Source: a virus (Duplodnaviria; Caudoviricetes). From it: 25,611 bases of DNA. The stretch spans positions 1-25,611 of the IMG/VR virus record IMGVR_UViG_3300042934_000093; one strand, 5' to 3'. Of this stretch, positions 10,149 through 17,073 are shown one piece after another. Position 1 is the stretch's first letter; every line of letters starts with the position of its first letter. Position numbers and translations under genes: made by a program. The notes below the pieces were generated by a model. The model was not told the origin of the DNA. It saw only the letters and a list, made by a program, of their open reading frames with translations, and did no database searches.

Positions 10149-10481
10149 ATGAGGAAATACGTAGAGATTTATGACAACACAAAGACTTATATTTTTCCAA
10201 GCTTGGCCATGGCTACACCCGATGTTGTGGGTATGAATTATGCTGTAGTTAATTCAGGTCATGATGTAGTAATAGAAACTGACGAAAGTCATACTATGCT
10301 ATATGCTATAGACTTATTAAGTGCTATGAAAAGTAGGCTAGGTGTTGCTGCTGACTTATCTGTAGAAGATTCTTTAGTAGCTTTAGAAAGTATATTAAAC
10401 GCGCCTATACCAGCGCCAGAACCGACGGCTGATGAAAGAATAGCCGCTGCATTAGAATTTCAAAATCTATTAAATATGTAA
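10149..10481 (+). CDS. Putative tail fibre assembly protein (XkdW-like position), 110 aa
   Basis: AAGGAGG ribosome site. C-terminal PEPTADERIAAALE helix; immediately precedes an XkdX-family gene. Confidence 0.55.
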   Translation: MRKYVEIYDNTKTYIFPSLAMATPDVVGMNYAVVNSGHDVVIETDESHTMLYAIDLLSAMKSRLGVAADLSVEDSLVALESILNAPIPAPEPTADERIAAALEFQNLLNM

Positions 10482-10495
10482 GGAGGTAGCATGTA

Positions 10496-10630
10496 ATGAC
10501 GTTTGAAACAATTAAAAGAAACTATGACAGAAAGTTATGGAATAAGCAAATGGTAAAAATAGCCGCAACTAAGAGTGTAATTACACCTGAGCAGTATCTT
10601 GAAATAACTGGAGACATTTATGAGGCATAG
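10496..10630 (+). CDS. xkdX: XkdX-family protein, 44 aa (not in ORF track)
   Basis: AGGAGG at 10481-10486. MTFETIKRNYDRKLWNKQMVKIAATKSVITPEQYLEITGDIYEA* matches the XkdX pattern IK..Y...LW....V......IT.EQY.EITG. Confidence 0.85.
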   Translation: MTFETIKRNYDRKLWNKQMVKIAATKSVITPEQYLEITGDIYEA

Positions 10631-10641
10631 GAGGTAGAAAA

Positions 10642-11220
10642 ATGATTTTAGCTTTATTCTCAAATATGACAGGTACTACTTTTTATTTTCCAACAGGCGC
10701 AGCAGTATCCAGACAAGATCTTATATTAACTTATCCGATTATAAATGTGCTGCCATGCGTTATAACTACTGATCCAACTCATACCTTATTTGCTGGCTTT
10801 GATTTGCTTAGTAATATGAAAACCAGGTATAATATTGAAACATCTTTATCTGATGAAGATGCCTTAGCAGCTATTATTATTGCTATAGAAAATGAGGAAC
10901 ACCCGCCTATTCAAGATCCAGATCTACCTTTTCTAGTAGATGCCTTACGACATAGGATAGATACACAAAACGGTGCTACAATTAAGATTTTAGATATTCT
11001 TTTAACTGGCGCGATAGCCGATAACAAAGTTGATATATTATTTAGTTCAATACGACTTCATAAAGATAGTAGAGGCTTAACAGCAGCACAGCAAAAATAT
11101 AGATCGTATTTTATAAATACATCTATCTATGCTGACTATAAAATAGATGTTGATGATAGGCTTTCTAATACTACTGATAGTTCTGGAGAAACATATGAAA
11201 ATTGTATAGTCGTAGAATAA
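10642..11220 (+). CDS. Paralogue of 10149-10481 with a C-terminal extension, 192 aa
   Basis: AGGAGGT ribosome site. Shared motifs with the 110-aa protein: T(Y/F).FP, VI.TD..HT, DLLS.MK.R, LS.ED.L.A. Confidence 0.7.
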   Translation: MILALFSNMTGTTFYFPTGAAVSRQDLILTYPIINVLPCVITTDPTHTLFAGFDLLSNMKTRYNIETSLSDEDALAAIIIAIENEEHPPIQDPDLPFLVDALRHRIDTQNGATIKILDILLTGAIADNKVDILFSSIRLHKDSRGLTAAQQKYRSYFINTSIYADYKIDVDDRLSNTTDSSGETYENCIVVE

Positions 11221-11238
11221 CATAAGGTGGAGGGGCGT

Positions 11239-11502
11239 ATGGGTAATGTAGCTGTTGAAGCATGCGATGCCAAGCATGTTAGAATCGAGGAAGATTTGAA
11301 GAGACATGATGATTCAATTAAAGACCACGGAGGTAGGATTCATAAACTTGAACTACACGACGCGCGAACCGATGAACAAATGAGTAACTTATGTCTCAGC
11401 ATAAATTCATTAGTAGCCACCCAAAAGGACACTAATAAGTTATTTATAGGTGCGCTAATAACATTAGCTATTGGTCTTGCTACATATATTATTACACACT
11501 AA
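11239..11502 (+). CDS. XhlA-like coiled-coil protein with a C-terminal transmembrane helix (lysis accessory)
   Basis: GGAGG at 11229-11233 favours ATG 11239. H..RI.KLE coiled coil plus hydrophobic C-terminus; first gene of the lysis cassette. Confidence 0.75.
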   Translation: MGNVAVEACDAKHVRIEEDLKRHDDSIKDHGGRIHKLELHDARTDEQMSNLCLSINSLVATQKDTNKLFIGALITLAIGLATYIITH

Positions 11503-11516
11503 GAAAAGAGGTAGGC

Positions 11517-11822
11517 ATGTCAAATAAAAAATTTGTGCCTATAAAAACAGAATTTCTGAAGTGGGTTATTTGGTACGTTATTGGTATGACTACATTAGTG
11601 CTACTTAATGCTTTAGCACTAATGTGGTATACTAAGGATCTAAGCTCGTTAGGAGAAATTTCATTAGGTGTTGTAGCTTGGATGACATCCCTACTTGGCT
11701 TCTATGTATGGAAAGCTAAGTGTGACCATCAGATGGGATATAGGCACGGTTACTATGTTGATGGCATGTCTGTAGAAGACGTTGCCACTTTTTCAAATAT
11801 AAAGGAGGAAAATAATGACTAA
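11517..11822 (+). CDS. Two-transmembrane protein, putative holin/antiholin, 101 aa
   Basis: GAGGT ribosome site. Two hydrophobic helices followed by FYVWKAK; lies in the lysis cassette. Confidence 0.6.
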   Translation: MSNKKFVPIKTEFLKWVIWYVIGMTTLVLLNALALMWYTKDLSSLGEISLGVVAWMTSLLGFYVWKAKCDHQMGYRHGYYVDGMSVEDVATFSNIKEENND

Positions 11823-12042
11823 GATTGATTGGAAACGTAAGTTAACCAGTAGAAAGTTTTGGGTGTCAATTACTGGCTTTGTAACTGCTATTCTCATAGC
11901 ACTTGGTGCTGATGATAATACTCAGGTACAGATCACCGCTATTATTGCCGCTGCGGCGCAGGTAATAGGCTATACATTAGCTGAAGGTTTAACAGACGCA
12001 GCTAAGGTAGAAACACTAACTAACAATACAGAGGAGGATTAA
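11815..12042 (+). CDS. Holin, 75 aa
   Basis: AAGGAGG ribosome site. KIDWKRKLTSRKFW start, two transmembrane helices, AEGLTDAA motif; adjacent to the endolysin. Confidence 0.85.
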   Translation: MTKIDWKRKLTSRKFWVSITGFVTAILIALGADDNTQVQITAIIAAAAQVIGYTLAEGLTDAAKVETLTNNTEED

Positions 12043-12044
12043 TA

Positions 12045-12818
12045 ATGGCAAAAAGTATTCTTGAAATAGCTTTATCGCAGCGCGGCGTCGCTGAGCCCGT
12101 AGGTGACGATAAATATATTAAATGGTATGGGGGCTTCCCCTTAAATGTATCTTGGTGTGCTATCTTTGTAAGCTGGGTAGCAAGTCAGGCAAATATACCT
12201 ACAACTGTAGTTCCTAAGTTCGCAAGCTGCGATGCTGGTATGGAATGGTTTCAGAAGAAAGACTTGTTTGAAAAGGCGCCGGCATGGGGTGGCGCGTATG
12301 TACCGAGACCTGAGGATGTAATATTCTTCTCTAGTAACCTAGATCCTAAAGACTCTACTCATGTTGGGTATGTAGTTAAAGTTGATAAGACTAAAGTGTT
12401 TACTATAGAAGGTAATACTTCTGACATGGTCGCTGAGCGTTCATATCTTCTTACTGATAAGAAGATTCTTGGTTACGGTACACCTATGTATCCCAGCACC
12501 GTTGTTGACGCAGAAAATGCCAAATATAATGTTTGGCTAACAAAAGTAAGAAAAGCGCTCGGCGCCACATCAACGGCAAGCCTTCTAAAGGTAACCCCTA
12601 CTCTTAAGAGAGGCTACAGCGGAGGAATGGTAGGTCTGTTACAAGAAAGACTTATAATGCTTGGCTACTCCTGTGGTGAGTCAGGTGCTGATAACAAATT
12701 TGGTCCGGCAACAGAAAAAGCTGTTATGAAGTATCAGAAAGATGTTGTAGGTCTTAAAAAGCAGGATGGTATTCTGGATAAAGGACAAATTACCTGGAAA
12801 ACATTGCTTGAAAAGTAG
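12045..12818 (+). CDS. Endolysin: CHAP catalytic domain plus peptidoglycan-binding (PG_binding_1-like) domain
   Basis: WCAIFVSW (Cys), HVGYV (His) and IEGN motifs. C-terminal LKRG..G..V..LQ..L...GY....D..FGPAT..AV..YQ. Confidence 0.92.
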   Translation: MAKSILEIALSQRGVAEPVGDDKYIKWYGGFPLNVSWCAIFVSWVASQANIPTTVVPKFASCDAGMEWFQKKDLFEKAPAWGGAYVPRPEDVIFFSSNLDPKDSTHVGYVVKVDKTKVFTIEGNTSDMVAERSYLLTDKKILGYGTPMYPSTVVDAENAKYNVWLTKVRKALGATSTASLLKVTPTLKRGYSGGMVGLLQERLIMLGYSCGESGADNKFGPATEKAVMKYQKDVVGLKKQDGILDKGQITWKTLLEK

Positions 12819-12857
12819 AAAATAAGAAACTCCCTGAAATTCAGGGAGTTTTATTTT
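12819..12857 (+). terminator. Rho-independent terminator of the late operon, possibly bidirectional
   Basis: AAACTCCCTGA (12827-12837) - AAT - TCAGGGAGTTT (12841-12851), flanked by A-rich and T-rich tracts, right after the endolysin stop. Confidence 0.88.
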
Positions 12858-12859
12858 AC

Positions 12860-12925
12860 AAATAATAAGTCCGTAGATACCTTAGTATATTAATACATAG
12901 TCTAAGCATAACGGACTTATTATTT
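12860..12925. repeat. Perfect 15-bp inverted repeat with a 36-nt spacer
   Basis: AAATAATAAGTCCGT (12860-12874) / ACGGACTTATTATTT (12911-12925); inner CTTAG/CTAAG pair. Confidence 0.9.
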
Positions 12926-12945
12926 TTGGTATAAACCCGTAGTAA

Positions 12946-13018
12946 GAAAAAATATACTTTTTTCCTATTATAATATATAATAAAAGAGTGAAGAAAATGA
13001 GTTTCTTCTTATTATAAT
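12946..13018 (+). promoter_or_regulatory. Tandem candidate promoters upstream of the cell wall hydrolase
   Basis: TATAAT at 12969 and 13013 (also 12976). The first two each lie 4 nt after a 7-5-7 inverted repeat. No canonical TTGACA. Confidence 0.5.
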
Positions 13019-13035
13019 ATAAAGGGGATAATGAT

Positions 13036-13551
13036 ATGATTAAAACATTATTTTTCAGTATTTTAGCTTCATCATACCTAGCAACATCTTATAGCGGCGT
13101 ATCTGTTAAGCAATACACAGCGCCCTGCGACACGCCGATCGCGGGTATAACTACTGTACTAAGACCTGTAGATAACTACACACCTGATGAAATAAGCATT
13201 CTTACTAGGATCGTCGAGGCGGAGTATACAGGCAAGGACTTTAAATCTAAGCTAAATGGTACAAGTACAATTTTAAACCGCGTTGATAGCAAAGAGTTTC
13301 CTGACACTATAAAGGATGTTGTATTCCAGCGTCATCAGTTCTCACCTATATCCGACGGTAGATACTGGAGTGTCGATGTAACTACAGAAACTAAGGAAGC
13401 CGTTATGCGGGTTATAATGACGGGTAGAACTACAGACGCTTTATTCTTTTGCAACTTACGAGACGTGAAGTCACTTAAAACTACACGCTGGTTTAAGTCG
13501 CTGGAACACTTATCAACTAGAGATACATCAGGACATACATATTATAAATAA
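13036..13551 (+). CDS. SleB/CwlJ-like cell wall hydrolase (Hydrolase_2) with a probable signal peptide
   Basis: AAAGGGG ribosome site. L.RIVEAE (catalytic Glu), ILNRVDS..FP.TI.DVVFQ..QFSP and GHTYY motifs; hydrophobic N-terminus. Confidence 0.9.
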   Translation: MIKTLFFSILASSYLATSYSGVSVKQYTAPCDTPIAGITTVLRPVDNYTPDEISILTRIVEAEYTGKDFKSKLNGTSTILNRVDSKEFPDTIKDVVFQRHQFSPISDGRYWSVDVTTETKEAVMRVIMTGRTTDALFFCNLRDVKSLKTTRWFKSLEHLSTRDTSGHTYYK

Positions 13552-13557
13552 TATATA

Positions 13558-13729
13558 TTATCTTAATTATCTTAATATCTTAATTATTTTAATTATCTTA
13601 ATATATTTTATATGTTTTAAATTTTTCTTTTGCTTTACTGATAAATATTTTATAAGTCTATAGATTTTATTTTTGTCGTAAAACACTGAGATAGTTGAGA
13701 TAGTTGAGATATTAAGAAAATTAAGATAA
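13558..13729. repeat. Two mirrored 44-bp arrays of five 8-9-bp units around an 84-bp AT-rich spacer (candidate origin/iterons)
   Basis: Left: TTATCTTAA TTATCTTAA TATCTTAA TTATTTTAA TTATCTTAA (13558-13601). Right: CTGAGATAG TTGAGATAG TTGAGATA TTAAGAAAA TTAAGATAA (13686-13729). Confidence 0.85.
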
Positions 13730-13748
13730 AACTCGTAAAAAGTAAGTA

Positions 13749-13777
13749 TTCCCTTTTTATGGAAAAGGGTATATAAT
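13749..13777 (+). promoter_or_regulatory. Candidate promoter with an overlapping inverted repeat
   Basis: CCCTTTT-TATGG-AAAAGGG (13751-13769) followed by TATAAT (13772-13777), upstream of the 148-aa gene. Confidence 0.5.
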
Positions 13778-13842
13778 TATATATGTAAGGTACATAAAAA
13801 GTACCAAAATAAATTATTATTGAAAGGAAGGTAATACTAGCT

Positions 13843-14289
13843 ATGGCATTCGCAAAAAAATTCAAAGTCGAAGTAACAGTACCTGAAGGCTACAAAGCAG
13901 GTGACACATTCCAGGTTGAAGTAGAAGCACCTGAAGTTGAGAAACAGACGAGAGGTACACTTAGTGGTCTTGCATTAAGTGATATGACCGATGAGCAGAT
14001 CAAACAGGAATTAACTAACGCTAACTCCGTTCTTTACAAAGCAAAGAAACGCGGCGTTGATGCTGACAAGATCGCTATTTATGAAGCTCGTGTTGCTGCT
14101 GTTAAAGCAGAAAAAGATTTAAGAAAGCCGGTAACCGCTCAGGCCGTTGGCACAGCAACCCCGATCACACAGGAAGCAACTCCTGTTGTATCAGAAGATG
14201 TTGCACCTGATGTAACGCTTTCAGGTAAAAAGGGCAAGAAAGAATCTACAGAGGTTCCTGTAGATACTGAAATAGCTGCAGAGCTGTAA
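13843..14289 (+). CDS. Hypothetical protein, 148 aa, probably highly expressed
   Basis: GAAAGGAAGGT ribosome site. Uses TTC/AAC/ATC/CGT/TAC codons unlike its neighbours. VTVPEG..AGDTFQV beta hairpin, helical middle, low-complexity acidic tail. Confidence 0.85.
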   Translation: MAFAKKFKVEVTVPEGYKAGDTFQVEVEAPEVEKQTRGTLSGLALSDMTDEQIKQELTNANSVLYKAKKRGVDADKIAIYEARVAAVKAEKDLRKPVTAQAVGTATPITQEATPVVSEDVAPDVTLSGKKGKKESTEVPVDTEIAAEL

Positions 14290-14494
14290 TAAACATTATA
14301 TATCGCTAAAAAGAGGCATATTCCAATAAATCATATGTGATTATCTTTTATTGATGTTTTTTCAAACATTACATCATATGCCTCTTTTATTAGTTAAGAA
14401 GAGTCTACCTGAATATAGCGTCTGTAGATTCTTCCTAGCTAATAACTAGATCCACCCAAGAATGTCTCCAACCATTGCAATATTCGCAGTGGCT

Positions 14495-14567
14495 TAATGA
14501 ATAGCTTAACGGTTAAAGCGTACAGTTCAACTCTGTAAGATTATTGGTTCGAATCCAATTTCATTAA
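14495..14567 (+). tRNA. Atypical tRNA, anticodon CAA (nominally Leu), short variable loop, no encoded CCA
   Basis: TAATGAA-TA-GCTT-AACGGTTA-AAGC-G-TACAG-TTCAACT-CTGTA-AGATT-ATTGG-TTCGAAT-CCAAT-TTCATTA-A. All four stems are perfect Watson-Crick; U8, A14, G18G19 and the T loop are conserved. Confidence 0.85.
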
Positions 14568-14850
14568 ATTGTTCTTACGGAAGCATGCAGGTCTTACTCC
14601 GATTATTCCAGCATGGCAAAGAATAGCCTACGAAACCGTTAAAGGAAAGCTCTCAGATACGCACGAGCAAAGTGTCTTAGTAATGGTAGTGATAAGCAAG
14701 CAGCGTATACACATTCTACCTATGTACCTTAGATGTTGGAAGAGCTATGGTATATACAAAATGCTATTCTAGGTTCATCCCTAGTTTAGCATTTGGTGAT
14801 AATACTAATATCTATCACCAGACATACCCGTTCAGCTTATAGCTGTAAAA

Positions 14851-14906
14851 CCTTTCGTATAGTGACCTGTAGATACCTACAGGTCATTATATGAAAGGAA
14901 GTTTTA
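14851..14906 (+). terminator. 22-bp hairpin upstream of the helicase ribosome site (terminator, attenuator or processing stem)
   Basis: CCTTTCGTATAGTGACCTGTAG-ATAC-CTACAGGTCATTATATGAAAGG, fully paired with two G-U pairs, followed by only a weak AAGTTTT tract. Confidence 0.45.
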
Positions 14907-14922
14907 AAACAGGGGGTACAAT

Positions 14923-16620
14923 ATGCAGAATAAATTAGTGTTTACAAGTGACTGCATCGAGATTCATTGCGAGCGCGGTGACGTTGAGACACAGAGACTA
15001 GCAAGTAAGCTGTATCCAATACACAGTAACCGTATCGGTACCCTGTTTAAAGTGTCACTCAGAAAGGCCCCAGAAGTACTTGCACTATTTAGACAACTTG
15101 ATGTATTCAATATCGAGACAGCTCCGCCAAAAATACAGGTTCTTTTTGAAAAAGAGCACAGAGCAAGAATAGCAACAGATTCATTGCTTGCTGGTTTTAC
15201 AGAAGAAAGTCCTGTAGTTACTACTAGTTTAACGCTTAAGCAGCATCAACAAGTAGCAAGAGAAGTGGCAAAAGTACGAGATAAGTTTGGTTTCTTTTAT
15301 GATACTCGTACAGGTAAAACACCATTATCACTAGCTATAATGCGTGACGACATATTAGAGCATCCAGATCACAAATGGTTAGTTATATGCCCTCTAATAT
15401 TAATAGAGAATGCCTGGTTAATTGATGCTAAAGACTTTATACCTGATGTGACGGTTATTAACTGTCACGCTAATACAAAGGAAAAAAGACTTAAAGCAAT
15501 GCAGCAGCCCGGCAACATATACATAGCTAATACAGAGTCATTTGCAACATATAAAGAACAATATGAATCAATGGACTTTTATGGATGTATTGTAGATGAA
15601 AGCTCTGATATGAAAAGCCCTAGTAGTAAACAAAGTAAGGCATTAGTTGAGTTTGCTCATACTATGAAAAGGTGGTATTTATTATCTGGATCACCAGCAC
15701 CTAATGGAGAGTATGAATATTACATGCAATTAGCGTCGATAGACAAGTATGGTGTACCACAAAGTTATTCACAGTTTGTAGGTTACTATTTTGTAGATAT
15801 ATCACATAATCCACAGTATCATAAGTATATAGTTAGACCGGATAGATTGGACGAGCTCAACAGAGTTCTAAGAAGCTATAGCTTTTATGTTGATAAGGAA
15901 GATGTGTTAACTACACCAGGTAGAACATTCCATGAAGTTATTTATGAGATGCCAAAGTCTGTAAAAGAGAAGTATGCTAAAATGAAAAATGAGCTTTACT
16001 TCGAACTACAGGGCGAGACAATTATTACAGCACCTAGTGCTGCGGCAAAGCTTAACAAGCTGAATCAAATAACGTCAGGATTTGTAATAGATACGCAAGC
16101 TGTAAAGGAGAATAAGTTTAATGAACAACAAAGGACTGAGACATACCTATTGGACTATGCAAGATTTGAACAATTGTTTGATCTTCTTAGAGCACAAGGG
16201 GATGAGCAGGTACTTATTTGGGCCAACTACAGAAAAGAGTTTGAGGTCATTAAAAAAGCTCTTGGAGACAGATGTTCCTGTGTATTCGGTGGTACATCCC
16301 TTCAGGAGAAAAATGAGGCAATTAAGGCCTTCAAGGCCGGCAATATTCAATATCTTATTGCTAATCCAGCTTCAGCAGATAAAGGCCTGACACTTACAAA
16401 TTGTCACATCTGTATTTACTTTAGCTTAAACTGGTCATATGAATTATATAAGCAAAGTATGGAACGTATTTATGCAGACATTTCCAAGCAACCTAAACAC
16501 TGTCATTACTATATTATAATGGCTAAAAGCTCTATAGACGTCATACTATATAGAGATGTATTACAAGGCAAAGCTGATGCAAGTTATGCTGTGTTAAACC
16601 ATTTGAAAGGAAGTTTATGA
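14923..16620 (+). CDS. SNF2-family (SF2) helicase/ATPase, 565 aa
   Basis: DTRTGKT (Walker A), IVDESS (motif II), LSGSP (III), GLTL (V), QSMERI (VI); AGGGGG ribosome site. Confidence 0.92.
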   Translation: MQNKLVFTSDCIEIHCERGDVETQRLASKLYPIHSNRIGTLFKVSLRKAPEVLALFRQLDVFNIETAPPKIQVLFEKEHRARIATDSLLAGFTEESPVVTTSLTLKQHQQVAREVAKVRDKFGFFYDTRTGKTPLSLAIMRDDILEHPDHKWLVICPLILIENAWLIDAKDFIPDVTVINCHANTKEKRLKAMQQPGNIYIANTESFATYKEQYESMDFYGCIVDESSDMKSPSSKQSKALVEFAHTMKRWYLLSGSPAPNGEYEYYMQLASIDKYGVPQSYSQFVGYYFVDISHNPQYHKYIVRPDRLDELNRVLRSYSFYVDKEDVLTTPGRTFHEVIYEMPKSVKEKYAKMKNELYFELQGETIITAPSAAAKLNKLNQITSGFVIDTQAVKENKFNEQQRTETYLLDYARFEQLFDLLRAQGDEQVLIWANYRKEFEVIKKALGDRCSCVFGGTSLQEKNEAIKAFKAGNIQYLIANPASADKGLTLTNCHICIYFSLNWSYELYKQSMERIYADISKQPKHCHYYIIMAKSSIDVILYRDVLQGKADASYAVLNHLKGSL

Positions 16621-16796
16621 TGCATTTAAAGACTGTAAAAGTAACCAATCCTAATAATGTATTAGTGCAAATTCCTGGTTATGTAGTTTCGCAGTGGGGA
16701 GCGCAGCGCGGAGATACTTTGGAGGTAACGTACAATGAGGGATCTGTCCAAATTAAAATTAGACCTGATGTACAAAGAAGAAGCCCAGCTTCTTAA
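16617..16796 (+). CDS. AbrB/MazE-like swapped-hairpin DNA-binding protein, 59 aa (not in ORF track)
   Basis: AAAGGAAG ribosome site, ATGA overlap with the helicase stop. MMHLKTVKVTNPNNVLVQIPGYVVSQWGAQRGDTLEVTYNEGSVQIKIRP... fits the V.IP......G...GD.LEV......I.IRP pattern. Confidence 0.75.
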   Translation: MMHLKTVKVTNPNNVLVQIPGYVVSQWGAQRGDTLEVTYNEGSVQIKIRPDVQRRSPAS

Positions 16797-17073
16797 AAAG
16801 GCCACTGCTTGGTTGGATGCTCAACCTGATATAAAGGTTATGCGCATTTGCGATAGGTATGCTAAAGGCTACTCTGATTTATTTTTATGCGTAGGGGGTA
16901 TATTTACCGTCTTAGAACTTAAGGATGATGAAGGCACTTCGACACCGCATCAAAATTTGTTTATAGCAGATGTACAGCGCCACGGCGGCATTGGTGGCGT
17001 ATGTAAAACAATGGGAGAAATTATAAAGTATGTTGAGGAGGCTAGGGGTCAATGCAAGAAATTGATGACATAA
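16735..17073 (+). CDS. VRR-NUC domain nuclease (putative junction resolvase), 112 aa
   Basis: GGAGGT ribosome site. GYSDL...ELK...G..TPHQ PD-(D/E)xK pattern; usual neighbour of phage SNF2 helicases. Confidence 0.88.
   Translation: MRDLSKLKLDLMYKEEAQLLKKATAWLDAQPDIKVMRICDRYAKGYSDLFLCVGGIFTVLELKDDEGTSTPHQNLFIADVQRHGGIGGVCKTMGEIIKYVEEARGQCKKLMT

Larger units (their letters stand above)
14309..14906 (+). ncRNA. Candidate structured non-coding RNA block (about ten consecutive stem-loops enclosing a tRNA)
   Basis: Stems 14309-21/14376-88, 14398-408/14424-34, 14472-78/14486-92, 14584-88/14611-15, 14648-53/14741-46, 14657-62/14703-08, 14759-66/14787-94, 14794-801/14813-20, 14833-37/14841-45, 14851-72/14877-98. 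Several contain G-U pairs on the + strand. Confidence 0.55.

Noticed and set aside
13558-13729. CRISPR array
   Set aside because: Units are 8-9 bp and contiguous, with no spacers and no cas genes.
14526-14532. Opal suppressor tRNA implying a recoded genome
   Set aside because: The best stem centres CAA, not TCA. Genes are intact under code 11 and TGA acts as a stop in several ATGA overlaps.
14569-14772. 67-aa + strand ORF after the tRNA
   Set aside because: TTG start abuts the tRNA 3' end with no ribosome site, and the sequence is better explained by RNA stems. Not fully excluded.
14290-14910. Retron msr-msd, hammerhead ribozyme or known riboswitch
   Set aside because: No reverse transcriptase in the window; GAAAC is present but the CUGANGA core is not; no riboswitch consensus recognised by eye.
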